Shown: positions 1 to 9,883 of the stretch, one piece after another
Position numbering within the stretch: position 1 is the first letter of the stretch
Layout of the letters: every line of letters begins with the position of its first letter
Assembly: GCA_001779095.1 (NCBI GenBank)
Contig: MFJD01000004.1
Coordinates: 116,876-167,329 of the forward strand
Direction: 5' to 3'
Source of the DNA: Candidatus Gottesmanbacteria bacterium RBG_16_52_11
GTDB lineage: Bacteria > Patescibacteriota > Microgenomatia > UBA10105 > UBA927
DNA: 50,454 nucleotides
Made by a program: the position numbers and the translations under genes
The notes under the pieces: generated by a model
Databases searched by the model: none
What the model saw: only the letters and a program-made list of their open reading frames with translations
Told to the model about the DNA's origin: nothing

Positions 1-1
1 G

Positions 2-826
2 ACTGAAGCGACGCCTGACGAGCTAATGGCACCGGCTCCTGACAAAACAGGCGGGGAACCCGGCGAACTGCCAGACATAGTTGCTGAATCTTTGGAGCAG
101 CAAGAGAATATTTCTGTCGCCGTCCCCGAGGAGCAGCCGGAGGGAATTCCCGAGGTAGCTCAGGCCATTCCGGAGGAAGTAGCAGATGGCCTGCAAGCCG
201 AAGCAGATACTGAGACTGTTTCATCACCTGAGGCGGAGCTAACAGATGCCGCAGTTGCGGAGACTGCTGAAGCGGTACTTGAGATTGAGCAAGATCAGCC
301 AGCGAGAGCTGCAGTAGAGGCAGTTGAATCTAAAGTACCTGCTAAAGAGCAGGTAACCGTTCAGGATGAGGCTACCGCCGAAAACACTGCAGCGCCCCCG
401 GTGATCCACACTGTCGTACAGGTGGTAACTCCACCCGCTACATTTGTAGTGAAGCCGCCAACAAAAAAACGGATTTTCCCCTTATTAGGGGTATTGTTGG
501 TGATTGGCGCTGTACTGGCATATTTTATGACAGATTTACCATGGCTGTATTGCTTATTTCTTGGCTATGGGGGTCTTGCCCTAACGGCGCCGTGGTGGAT
601 TGATTCATACGCATGGTCTTTCGCGGGAACGGACAAGCGTCATGCAGAGGGTCAGTTGTTAGTCTGGAGCGGAGTAATAATATGTTCGGCTACGCTGATA
701 TATTGGCTGCAATTCGATGCAGCCCATCCTGATATAATAGGGCTTTCCGTTGATTTCATTGTTGAGTTCGGGATAGCCCTTTTCCTGATGTTGGTGGGAG
801 CGGTAATTCTGGAGAAAACCAGCTGA
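2..826 (+). CDS. Hypothetical membrane protein with acidic, low-complexity N-terminus and about 4 C-terminal TM helices; probably 5'-truncated by the window edge
   Basis: Frame is open from base 2, first ATG at 26. E/A/V/P-rich region followed by hydrophobic segments. Confidence 0.75.
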   Translation, partial: TEATPDELMAPAPDKTGGEPGELPDIVAESLEQQENISVAVPEEQPEGIPEVAQAIPEEVADGLQAEADTETVSSPEAELTDAAVAETAEAVLEIEQDQPARAAVEAVESKVPAKEQVTVQDEATAENTAAPPVIHTVVQVVTPPATFVVKPPTKKRIFPLLGVLLVIGAVLAYFMTDLPWLYCLFLGYGGLALTAPWWIDSYAWSFAGTDKRHAEGQLLVWSGVIICSATLIYWLQFDAAHPDIIGLSVDFIVEFGIALFLMLVGAVILEKTS

Positions 827-944
827 CTTTTCGGAAAGAGGATTGGTACGGCTCAGGCCGGACCATGGGTCTCCTCTTTCTTTTCCCGGGGACAATAAGT
901 TGCCTTCGGAAAATCAGAGGAGACCCAAAAAGTAGAAGAAAAAG

Positions 945-995
945 GCAATCCCGCTGAACCGGATTATGCTCCGGGGAAGGCGGGATTTTTCGTGG
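945..995 (+). repeat. 51-bp hairpin/terminator-like direct repeat, copy 1
   Basis: GCAATCCCGCTGAACCGGATTATGCTCCGGGGAAGGCGGGATTTTTCGTGG is identical to 1641-1691. Stem AATCCCGC/GCGGGATT is followed by a T run. Confidence 0.9.
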
Positions 996-1087
996 CAGCT
1001 TGTAGTGATTTCTAATATATGGTAGGTTGCAATTGCTCTTCGTACCTTTACATTAACCGCTCAGAACCAGAAATCAGGAGACTTGAG

Positions 1088-1507
1088 ATGAATAAAGTCA
1101 GCTTGTTTTTTATATTTGCCGTATGGGGACTGCTGATACTTATAGCATTAAATAATGAACAGTTTGGAGGTTTCGTCGGAATAATTATTCTTTCTTTGGC
1201 CATAGTCATAAGCCCGGCACTAACCAACCAGAAGATTTGGCAAATGGAAAAAAACTTATGCATCAGGTATTGCCAATGGATGGTAGACAGAACGAATATC
1301 ATGTTTGGCCTGACTATGGTCAGCATTGTTTTGCTCGGGATCGGGATGGTAAATGACGTTAAGGGGGATTTAGCCTTCATAATCGGCTTTCTAGGCTATA
1401 ATTTATTTTATACCGTACCTAGTGTATTTGATTTTATGCACTACCCGAGCATATATTACCGGCTACCTAGCTGGATAAGAGCCGAGATTGAGCCATATGA
1501 CATCTGA
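1088..1507 (+). CDS. Small hypothetical membrane protein (about 4 TM)
   Basis: AGGAG SD upstream of ATG 1088 (MNKVSLFF...). Hydrophobic ORF, AT-richer than the glycosyltransferase genes. Confidence 0.7.
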   Translation: MNKVSLFFIFAVWGLLILIALNNEQFGGFVGIIILSLAIVISPALTNQKIWQMEKNLCIRYCQWMVDRTNIMFGLTMVSIVLLGIGMVNDVKGDLAFIIGFLGYNLFYTVPSVFDFMHYPSIYYRLPSWIRAEIEPYDI

Positions 1508-1640
1508 TTTCTAGAATACTATCTGAAAGCGGAGTTTACCCGTTTACGCAATTACGGGTAAACCCCTCTCTCCTTGATTCCTTGTCCTTAATAACCGTTA
1601 AGGCCGAAGAAACAGGAGAGAGGTAAGGTAAGTGTGAAGA

Positions 1641-1691
1641 GCAATCCCGCTGAACCGGATTATGCTCCGGGGAAGGCGGGATTTTTCGTGG
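1641..1691 (+). repeat. 51-bp hairpin/terminator-like direct repeat, copy 2
   Basis: Exact copy of 945-995. Confidence 0.9.
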
Positions 1692-1760
1692 AATGGCGGC
1701 ACCCGGACAGCCATAGGATTGACTTTTACGTTGTCCGTATGCTATTTTCCAATCCAGCAT

Positions 1761-2214
1761 ATGAATTTACCGGCCACAGTGCAGGTTGTCTATACTTTTG
1801 ATGACGGAATGTACCGGGTAAATTTCGGGCTGACCGATCCTGAAGGTAATTTGCATAAACTATACCCTGGTTACAGACGGTGATTTCGATACTGACGAAC
1901 GATTCCGCGTTAGTGTCCAAATGTCCGACCGGTGGGAAATATTCGTGGCGGATAAGGGATTAGCGGACAAAGGCCTCGAATCACTGCCTGACAGTCAGAA
2001 AGCGCTGGCCTTCCTGGTCGGATTATCCGAACCCTACCTGTCAAGCGCCCGAGAGAGAGTCACGGCTGACGGCGGATGCATGGCATCGCGTTTACAGAGA
2101 CTGGAAAGGGAATATGGATCGACAACTGAAATGAGATTTTCATACGGATCACAGATTCTGCATATCGGTGACGGGTCCGCAGGCTTTTTTACAGCGTTAT
2201 TCAGGGAATTCTGA
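1761..2214 (+). pseudogene. Hypothetical protein split by an apparent 1-nt frameshift (pseudogene or sequencing error)
   Basis: ORF from ATG 1761 (MNLPATVQ...) joins the frame of 1921..2214 if one A is removed from CATAAACTAT near 1857. The downstream frame is open from 1834. Confidence 0.45.
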
Positions 2215-2345
2215 TTTTTTCAGCAATTTATTGCTCCTCAGTAAACCTTCGCCTCATCCCCGGGTGTTTTCCCGGAAAAAGTTACGGCTGTATCAGGTAG
2301 CAAAATCGGGAGGGTTTCACTACAATCTGACTTACTACCGAAATT

Positions 2346-4736
2346 ATGCAGCGATTCGGACGATACCTCCCGTTTATTCTCTTTGCGGGGATTACATTAT
2401 TCATTTTCCGCAGTTACTTCTCCAAAGGCCTGGTACCGTTTCCGGGCAATCTCCTTTCGGGATACTATGCACCGTGGTCGCATTACCGGCCGCCGGACTA
2501 TCCCAACGGCCCGGCATTCAAACCCATGGGATTTGACAACCTGCGGATATATTATCCGTTGCGGTCCCTTGCCGTCGGGCAGCTGAAGGACGGCAGGCTA
2601 CCGCTTTGGAATCCGTACAATTTTTCGGGAAACACGCTCCTGGCCACCTACCAATCGGCGGTTTTCCATCCGATGTCGTTCCTGTTTTTTCTGTTGCCCC
2701 AGATCGATGCCTGGTCAGTAATCGTGATACTCCAGCCTCTCCTGACCTGCTGGTTCACTTACCTTTTCCTGAGACGATTCCTGCCGGTGCGGTCAGGGAT
2801 TTTCGGTGCGGTGGTATTTGCCCTGTCCGGATTCATGATTGTCTGGTGGGAAGAGTCATTCATGGCGGGTTATTCGGCACTGGTGCTGCCACTGGCTTTG
2901 TTCGCGTTTGAAAAATGGCGGGAGGAGGGAAGCAGAAGGTGGCTGGTGCTATTAACCGGCGCATTTGTCTGGAGCATACTGTCAGGCTGGTTTCAGATGA
3001 CATTCTACCTGACCGCTGCCCTTACTGCCTGGGCTGTCTACCGCAGCCGGATGCGCGGATTCATAATTGCCGCCGGATGTTTCATGCTTTCAGTATTTCT
3101 CTGCGGTATCCACCTGGTGCCGGCATTTGAAGCGTACCGCGAGAGCGCCAGAGGAACGACTGATGCCCGGTTCCTGTTTGACGGGTACCTCCTCAAACCC
3201 GAACACCTGGTTACCTTCCTGGTCCCCGATTACTTCGGCAGTCCGGCAACATACACATACTTCGGGAACGGATTTTACTATGAACGGGTGGTATGGTTCG
3301 GCATCATTCCCCTGATGCTTGCCCTTTATGAGCTGGTCCGGTGGAAGTCACTGGCGCGGAAAGAACGATTTTTCGGCATCATGTTCCTGGTCTGCCTGTC
3401 GCTCGGGTTGTCGCTGCCGACGACATTTTTCCTGCTTTACCAGCTGAAACTGCCTCTTCTGTCAGTGATCATCCCGTCCCGGATATTTTACCTGTCCACG
3501 TTTGCGGGGGTTGTGCTTTCCGCATTCGGAATGGAGCGTTTTCTGCGGGAGCGCCGGATTGAGGATGTCCTGATCACTTATGCCATCTTCGGGACGGCAC
3601 TGACGGTTGCCTGGTACGTGCCGGTCACCATGGTCCGGGAGTTTACCGGCCGGATGGTGGAGGCGGAAATTATGACCCGCAGCCTGATGATTCCGACGGT
3701 TTCCTTCGGCATCGGACTTTTTTCCATGTGGCTTTACGCCAACCTGAAACGGTTTACGCCGTTACTGTACGGCATACTTCTTCTCGTGACCGTCGCCGGT
3801 TCACTGGTTTTTGCCAACAAGTATCTGTATTTTTCGGAACGCCGGTTTATATATCCTGAAACGCCGGTCATGGAAAAGATCCGCGAAATGGCCGGTTTTA
3901 ACCGTTTCTGGAGCTTCGGGCGGGGATACACGATCGAAAATAATTTCGCTACGATGCACCGTCTGCAGTCGCCCGAGGGTTACGATTCGTTTTATATCCG
4001 GCGGTACGGGGAGCTGCTCCATGCCGCAGCCAACGGGGGACAGTACAGTGCGGAAATACCCAGAGCCGACGCGCTGATACCGCAAGCTGAACATATCGGC
4101 AGCGTACCGGAAAACCATTACCGCTGGCGGCTGCTTAATCTGCTCGGAGTAAAATATATCGCCGGAGCAACCAGCCCGCTGCCGGAATTTGCAGCCGCTG
4201 ATCCGGATCCGGCACTCCTTCAGCCGGTCTGGCGGGACAGAGAGTATTCGATCTGGGAAAACCGGGAAGCCCTGCCGCGGGCGTATCTGGTGGGCGAAGT
4301 CCGGAATATTACCGGAGACCAGAAGATCCTGGACTTCCTGTTTGATCCGAACACGGATCTGCGAAAGCAGGCGGTTCTGGAAGGGTACGGCGGCATGGGG
4401 TCGGGAAGCGGGGGAACGGCGGAGATTACCAGGTTTGAGCCCAACGACGTGACGGTATCCACCGTTGCTACCCAAGGCAGCATACTGATACTGTCGGATG
4501 CCTACTACCCGGGTTGGCGGGCGGAAGTGGACGGGAAACCGACAAAACTCTACCGGGCTAATTACGCTTTCCGGGGAGTGGAAGTTCCGGCCGGGACCCA
4601 TACGGTTACGTTTTTATACCGGCCGGTAGCCTGGACTATTGGGCTGGCGCTATCCGGAACCGGGATATTATTATCCGGCGTGACTCTCTATTTATATTCC
4701 CGGCGGCGGAGGGATCCGCGAAGCAGATATGTTTAA
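2346..4736 (+). CDS. YfhO-family membrane protein (GT-C-like)
   Basis: LPLWNPYNFSG motif, many TM helices, C-terminal ALPRAY and SDAYYPGWRAEVDG...RANYAFRGVEVPAGTH motifs typical of YfhO. Confidence 0.9.
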   Translation: MQRFGRYLPFILFAGITLFIFRSYFSKGLVPFPGNLLSGYYAPWSHYRPPDYPNGPAFKPMGFDNLRIYYPLRSLAVGQLKDGRLPLWNPYNFSGNTLLATYQSAVFHPMSFLFFLLPQIDAWSVIVILQPLLTCWFTYLFLRRFLPVRSGIFGAVVFALSGFMIVWWEESFMAGYSALVLPLALFAFEKWREEGSRRWLVLLTGAFVWSILSGWFQMTFYLTAALTAWAVYRSRMRGFIIAAGCFMLSVFLCGIHLVPAFEAYRESARGTTDARFLFDGYLLKPEHLVTFLVPDYFGSPATYTYFGNGFYYERVVWFGIIPLMLALYELVRWKSLARKERFFGIMFLVCLSLGLSLPTTFFLLYQLKLPLLSVIIPSRIFYLSTFAGVVLSAFGMERFLRERRIEDVLITYAIFGTALTVAWYVPVTMVREFTGRMVEAEIMTRSLMIPTVSFGIGLFSMWLYANLKRFTPLLYGILLLVTVAGSLVFANKYLYFSERRFIYPETPVMEKIREMAGFNRFWSFGRGYTIENNFATMHRLQSPEGYDSFYIRRYGELLHAAANGGQYSAEIPRADALIPQAEHIGSVPENHYRWRLLNLLGVKYIAGATSPLPEFAAADPDPALLQPVWRDREYSIWENREALPRAYLVGEVRNITGDQKILDFLFDPNTDLRKQAVLEGYGGMGSGSGGTAEITRFEPNDVTVSTVATQGSILILSDAYYPGWRAEVDGKPTKLYRANYAFRGVEVPAGTHTVTFLYRPVAWTIGLALSGTGILLSGVTLYLYSRRRRDPRSRYV

Positions 4737-6298
4737 TTTGCGGACCCGGTTTGTTCAAGGGGTTGTCCGGGAAGAATCGGTGTAATGTGATACGTATCCT
4801 CTACGCTTTTCCACTGTTGGGGAGTGATTTTTTCATATTTTTCCGTTATGACGTGCAGGCATGAGGGGTCGGAGTAGGAACGCAAACGGACGTAACGGTT
4901 CCTGGTCCATTCCGGCAGGGTTTTGAGATCCCCGTTGGCACAAGTGCCGTAATAGAATGTCGGCGGATCGGAATGAAACATTTCTTCACGCGCCCGGGCG
5001 TAGACCGGGAAGCCCGGCATGAATGATGTATACCAGCTGTACTTATACGGTGAGGGCAGCTTGGCCTGCCAGAAGATCAGATCGTCGGCACCGTCCAGAA
5101 ACAACGTGTCTCCCGGCGTGGCGAGTGTCGAGACGACCGAACCATAATACTGGTAGTGGCCGTAGTTGGTAAGGAATTCTTCGTGGGGGACGACTTTGTC
5201 ATGGAGAAATGAAGCCGGGTTGGTTACGTGCCAGATGGCCAGGCCGGATAGCGCGGCTACTCCCAGCCAGCGGGCTAAGCCGTGATAACGCCAGGCCAGA
5301 CCGGCTGCAGCGGAAGCCACAATGGCAAACCAGACCATCATGTGGAAGGCTTCGTAATAGATTTTACCGGGAGGTTCGGGACGGAGGTTGGATAGGAATA
5401 ATAATCCGTATATCAGGGGAATCCAGATAAACCGGCGTTTTTCCCCGATCAGGTATACCAGTGCGATAAGCAGGAGTCCGGCTTCATAATACCGGAAAAG
5501 TGGCCAGTCGCCGGCCGGCAAAAACATCCGGACCGGATAGGCTAAGGCCGGGATCAAGTTACGTCCGGCAAATCCCTGACTGTCCGACTTGTAGTTGAGC
5601 ACGGTTGCCCGGTTAACGGTAACGACGTTGAAAAAGTAATCTTTTACGGGCAGGGAAAATACCAGAACGGCGCTGAATAGTCCCAGGATTGCCGCCGACA
5701 CCAGGCGTTCGCGGCCTTTCATCCGGAAAACCGCCACCACCGCAAACAAGGAGAGGGCCGCCGGAACGTAGGGTTCACGTTCAAACACCGCAATCCAGGT
5801 TCCCACGGCTACTAAAACCACGTCCATATATCTGCCCCAGCGGTCCTTGGCCGGGAGAAGCAGCGATAATACCAGGTACGCCACCGGATAGACGGTGAAA
5901 GCCTCGCCCAGATAACGGTCGCCGAAGATGTAAAACTTGACCGGTTCGTAGATGAGGGCAAACAGGAAGGCCGGCGGTCCGAAGCGGATTCCCATAGCGG
6001 CAACCCAGAGGAAGGAAAATAACCATAACGCCTGCCGATGGCGCAATACCAGGTCATAGATATTGATCGGGCGGGTGACCGTCTGGATAAGGGCACTGCC
6101 CAGGGGTGTGAGGGGCTGGTGGTTGAAGAAAACCTGCGAATACAGCTCCCTGCCTTGGGTAACGAAATATCCGCCGACGAAGCTGGAGCAGTCGTCGAAG
6201 CAACCGAAGGCATTGATTTTGGGTCGGTAGGCACGGTAGAGGAGTCCGTACATGAGTGCTGCCAGTACCAAAACCGTCAGAACCTTCAATATTTTCAT
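4733..6298 (-). CDS. Putative GT-C fold membrane glycosyltransferase
   Basis: FDD acidic motif after TM1, LYSQVFFNHQP loop, about 11 TM and a soluble C-terminal domain. Confidence 0.7.
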   Translation of the reverse strand: MKILKVLTVLVLAALMYGLLYRAYRPKINAFGCFDDCSSFVGGYFVTQGRELYSQVFFNHQPLTPLGSALIQTVTRPINIYDLVLRHRQALWLFSFLWVAAMGIRFGPPAFLFALIYEPVKFYIFGDRYLGEAFTVYPVAYLVLSLLLPAKDRWGRYMDVVLVAVGTWIAVFEREPYVPAALSLFAVVAVFRMKGRERLVSAAILGLFSAVLVFSLPVKDYFFNVVTVNRATVLNYKSDSQGFAGRNLIPALAYPVRMFLPAGDWPLFRYYEAGLLLIALVYLIGEKRRFIWIPLIYGLLFLSNLRPEPPGKIYYEAFHMMVWFAIVASAAAGLAWRYHGLARWLGVAALSGLAIWHVTNPASFLHDKVVPHEEFLTNYGHYQYYGSVVSTLATPGDTLFLDGADDLIFWQAKLPSPYKYSWYTSFMPGFPVYARAREEMFHSDPPTFYYGTCANGDLKTLPEWTRNRYVRLRSYSDPSCLHVITEKYEKITPQQWKSVEDTYHITPILPGQPLEQTGSAN

Positions 6299-6345
6299 GC
6301 TCCCATTATACTTGAAGGGCGCATTCAGGAGATTTTGTAATTCCT

Positions 6346-8358
6346 GTGGGAGACCTCTACAATACGTATGTGTTTTCCCTAACCGATCCGCGATTATTCC
6401 TGTACTGGATTTATTTTCTGGGAGCTGTGATTCTGGCGTTTGCCGTGCCCGGGGCGGTGCTGTTGCGGCGGTTCAAGCCGGGTTTACTCATGCTGTGGGG
6501 AGTCGGGATTCCCATGGGAATTGCCCTGTGGGCTTGGCAGGGATATATTTTCGGGTACCTCAATATCCGGTGGGCATCGTATCTCTATCTGTTGGTTTTT
6601 GTTGCCGTTTGGGTATGGCCGTTTGTCCATCGCCACCGGCGGCCTAAACCGAAATCGGTGATTTCCGGAAAACCGGATGCGGTTAGTGCCGGCATCGTCG
6701 TTTTAGGAGCCCTGTTTCAGCTATTCATGATTCTCTTTACGGCGGTGCGGTACCGCGGCACCATGTATTTCTGCTGTGCCATGGTGGAGGACAACTGGTG
6801 GTTTGCCGCAATCGCCCGGGAACTGGTGCGGCATTTTCCGCCAATGCAGCCGGGGATGTACGGGGTGCCCCTGGCCAATTACCATTACTGGTCAAACCTG
6901 GTGGTGGCGGAACTATCCCGGGTATTCGGACTGCCGATACTCCATACGCAGTTTCAGTTCATGGGGCTCCTGTTAGCCTTAACTCTGGGTGTGGGCGTCA
7001 TGGCGCTGGGGAACCTGTTTTTCTGGCCGCGAAACGTAATCCGGTGGATGCTGTTTTTCTTTTACTTCGGCAGCGACGCCATTTACTGGCTGTTGTTAGG
7101 ATTAGGGAAAGGGATGAGCTTTTCCATGAATTCCCTGGAGAACGGGACCCTGTTGCTGGCAAACCTGCCCCGGGCGTACGCGGTCGTGGTGCTTATCGCC
7201 GCCATCGGGCTTATTCATCTGGTCCATACTTCCAAAGACCGGTGGATATGGCTGGTGACGGCGTTGGTTCTGGCGTCCCTGGCGGGACTTAAAATTTACG
7301 TGGCGGTGTTTGCCTATACCGGTCTGGTAGCCGCTACCCTCTATCTACTGGCAACCCGTCAACCGTCCGGACAGCTCATGCGGCTGGGCATTGCCACCGG
7401 AATTCTGGCCCTGGTTGTCTATATTCCCACCAACAGCACCGCCGGCGGGCTGTTCTATACCGGATTCTGGCGGTTCGAAAATTTTATCGTACAGGAACAG
7501 CTGGGCCTGTCCCGGTGGGAATTAGCCCGGGTGGTGTTTGCTGAACACCGAAACCTGATCCGGGCCCTGGGGTACGACTTGTGGTTTTTCACCGTCTATA
7601 CCGCTGCCACCTTCGGCACCAAACTATTGGGGCTGTTTCAGACGCGCCGCAGCTTACGGATGATACCGGGGTACCTTCAGGCATTCCTGATCGGCGGAAT
7701 GGCCGTCAGCTTCGTGGCCGGCGGATTTTTCCAGCAGCGGGTCGGTTCATCCAATACCTTCAATTTCCTGGTTAATGTGTTTATCTTCGGATCGTTGTAT
7801 GCTGGCCTGGGAGCATGGCAACTTTCGGGGATGTTTCCCCGGCCGTTATCTTTCGCCATAGTGACGCTGATTGTGGCCGTAACCATACCCCGGTCGATTT
7901 CCGAAGTGCAGAAAACGTATGCCGCTGTCAGTGGTACCGGCGGATTTCACCTGAACCGTCAGGTGGAGGAGGGGCTTGTGTACCTGCGGGATCGGGTGCC
8001 GGCGGATGCAATCGTAGCCGTCGATACGGACGATCTGTCGTTTGACCATAATTCACCGACCGTCAGTTTTCTGGCCGACAAAACCACGTATTATTCCGGA
8101 ATGGGACTGTTGAAACATTTCAACATGGATACCTTTGACCGGGATAAGACCATGTATGCGGTGTTCCGTCGTTCCGATCCGCGCATAACGGCCGCACTTC
8201 TGAGAGGTCAGGGGATAAACTACCTGCTGGTGGCTACACCGTCAGCTATACCGGCGACCGAGTCGGGTCGTTTTCTTACGCCCGTTTTCCAAAACGAAAA
8301 GGTCTCGGTACTCAAGGTGATGCGTGACAGTCTCCGGCCGATAATCGAAGCGCATTAG
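6346..8358 (+). CDS. Polytopic membrane protein, putative GT-C glycosyltransferase
   Basis: EDN acidic loop, PLANYHYW motif, many TM, C-terminal YLRDRVPADAIV domain. Confidence 0.65.
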   Translation: MGDLYNTYVFSLTDPRLFLYWIYFLGAVILAFAVPGAVLLRRFKPGLLMLWGVGIPMGIALWAWQGYIFGYLNIRWASYLYLLVFVAVWVWPFVHRHRRPKPKSVISGKPDAVSAGIVVLGALFQLFMILFTAVRYRGTMYFCCAMVEDNWWFAAIARELVRHFPPMQPGMYGVPLANYHYWSNLVVAELSRVFGLPILHTQFQFMGLLLALTLGVGVMALGNLFFWPRNVIRWMLFFFYFGSDAIYWLLLGLGKGMSFSMNSLENGTLLLANLPRAYAVVVLIAAIGLIHLVHTSKDRWIWLVTALVLASLAGLKIYVAVFAYTGLVAATLYLLATRQPSGQLMRLGIATGILALVVYIPTNSTAGGLFYTGFWRFENFIVQEQLGLSRWELARVVFAEHRNLIRALGYDLWFFTVYTAATFGTKLLGLFQTRRSLRMIPGYLQAFLIGGMAVSFVAGGFFQQRVGSSNTFNFLVNVFIFGSLYAGLGAWQLSGMFPRPLSFAIVTLIVAVTIPRSISEVQKTYAAVSGTGGFHLNRQVEEGLVYLRDRVPADAIVAVDTDDLSFDHNSPTVSFLADKTTYYSGMGLLKHFNMDTFDRDKTMYAVFRRSDPRITAALLRGQGINYLLVATPSAIPATESGRFLTPVFQNEKVSVLKVMRDSLRPIIEAH

Positions 8359-8508
8359 GCATAATGTCATTCAGGTCATGTGTTATGCATTTCTCCTCAA
8401 TATAAATGTCCGAATATCACAAACCTTTCTTTATTACGTGAACGTATCAGTTATTATTTGAACGAACCCGATTTCAGTACTGTTAATGAATACAATTTCC
8501 GGAATTTC

Positions 8509-8537
8509 TTGTCCGGCATATTAAATAACTGTATAAT
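8509..8537 (+). promoter_or_regulatory. Sigma70-type promoter for rpsA
   Basis: TTGTCC-17 nt-TATAAT, followed by an AAAGG SD-like sequence before the ATG. Confidence 0.6.
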
Positions 8538-8572
8538 ACTGCCTACACTCAAAAAGAAAGGCGGTAACATGG

Positions 8573-9817
8573 ATGGCAACAAAACTCAAATCTCAAATGT
8601 CAAAACTCAAAACTAAGGACGGAAAAGAAAAATTAAAGAAAACATCCCAGAGGAAAACCGAAGACAAAGCTACTGAAACAGAGTCTGCAACCCGCAAAGA
8701 CACCGCCGCAAAAACCGGCAAAAAAACCTCCGCAACCGTTGCCCAGACCATGGAGGAGCTTCTGGCCCAAACTGGATATGTACTTAAAGGCGTTAAGAAG
8801 GGCGATGTGGTGGAAGGAATAATCACCAATGTCAACCCCCGGGAAATAACGGTGGATACCGGCGGCAAATCCGACGGCGTGGTAATCGACCGGGAACTCG
8901 AGTCCTATCGGGATGCCCTGCTGGCTCTTAAACCCGGTACGAAAGTCGTCGCGCAGGTGATTGTGGCCGAAAACGACCGCGGGCAGTCCGTACTGTCGCT
9001 GAGGCGGCACATTTTCGAAAAACGCTGGTCAGACCTGGCCAAATCCAAGGAAGAAGGCGCGACGCTCGAAGTGACCATCAAAGAAGTGGTCCGGGGCGGG
9101 ATGCTGGTCGACAGCGGGGGACTCCGGGGTTATGTTCCCCAGTCGCAGATAGACAGCAGTCTGGGACGGCAACTCGACAAGTCGGTAGGCAAAAGGATCC
9201 AGGTCAAAGTCATCGAAGTAGACCGCGATACCAACAGGCTGATTTTTTCGCAGCGTGCGGTGAGTGAGGAAGAAACTCTTTCGAAACAGAAACAGATCCT
9301 GACGGCGCTCACCATCGGTGACTCGGTGCAGACGACTATTACCGGAGTCGTCCCGTTCGGAGCGTTTGCCAAATTCAGCGTTTCCAAGGACGGGAAAGAC
9401 CATGATGTTGAAGGTCTGATACACATCTCGGAAATAGCCTGGGAAAAGGTCGAAGACCCGAACCAATACCTGAAGACCGGTGATTCGATCAAAGTAAAGA
9501 TAATCGGTGTCGATACCAAAACCGGCAAACTCACCCTGTCACTCAAACAGCTCCTGCCTGATCCGTGGGAAAACGTCACGGATATGTTCGAGAAAGACAG
9601 CCAGGTGAAGGGGACGGTGACCCGGGCGACGCCGTACGGGGTATTCGTTAACTTGAGCCCCGGTATCGAAGGCTTAATCCATATCAGTAAGATTTCCCCC
9701 GGTGAGGAACCTGCGGCCGGCGACGAAATCACCTGTACCATCGAAGATATCCAGCCGGAGAAGCGTAAAATCAGCCTCTCGATGACCCTGACGGAGAAAC
9801 CGATCGGATACCGGTAA
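8573..9817 (+). CDS. rpsA: 30S ribosomal protein S1 (four S1 domains)
   Basis: TMEELL N-terminal motif and repeated S1 domains (GLIHISEIAW, LSLKQLLPDPW). Confidence 0.9.
   Translation: MATKLKSQMSKLKTKDGKEKLKKTSQRKTEDKATETESATRKDTAAKTGKKTSATVAQTMEELLAQTGYVLKGVKKGDVVEGIITNVNPREITVDTGGKSDGVVIDRELESYRDALLALKPGTKVVAQVIVAENDRGQSVLSLRRHIFEKRWSDLAKSKEEGATLEVTIKEVVRGGMLVDSGGLRGYVPQSQIDSSLGRQLDKSVGKRIQVKVIEVDRDTNRLIFSQRAVSEEETLSKQKQILTALTIGDSVQTTITGVVPFGAFAKFSVSKDGKDHDVEGLIHISEIAWEKVEDPNQYLKTGDSIKVKIIGVDTKTGKLTLSLKQLLPDPWENVTDMFEKDSQVKGTVTRATPYGVFVNLSPGIEGLIHISKISPGEEPAAGDEITCTIEDIQPEKRKISLSMTLTEKPIGYR
8580..8614 (+). repeat. Five tandem heptamers CAAA(A/T)(C/G)T inside the rpsA 5' end
   Basis: CAAAACT CAAATCT CAAATGT CAAAACT CAAAACT. 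Confidence 0.8.
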
Positions 9818-9883
9818 GCTGTCGGGGCTTCGTATTTACCATTTCCGTAAATTCCGGCAGGACAGTAATGATATACCCGGAAA

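Noticed and set aside
945..1691. 51-bp repeats as integron attC sites or IS ends
   Set aside because: No RYYYAAC/GTTRRRY core sites and no integrase or transposase in the window. Kept only as an unexplained repeat.
3801..4601. Long antisense or alternate-frame ORFs (also 9130..9741, 29947..30576, 47919..48791)
   Set aside because: Shadow ORFs of real genes, expected from GC-rich codon bias.
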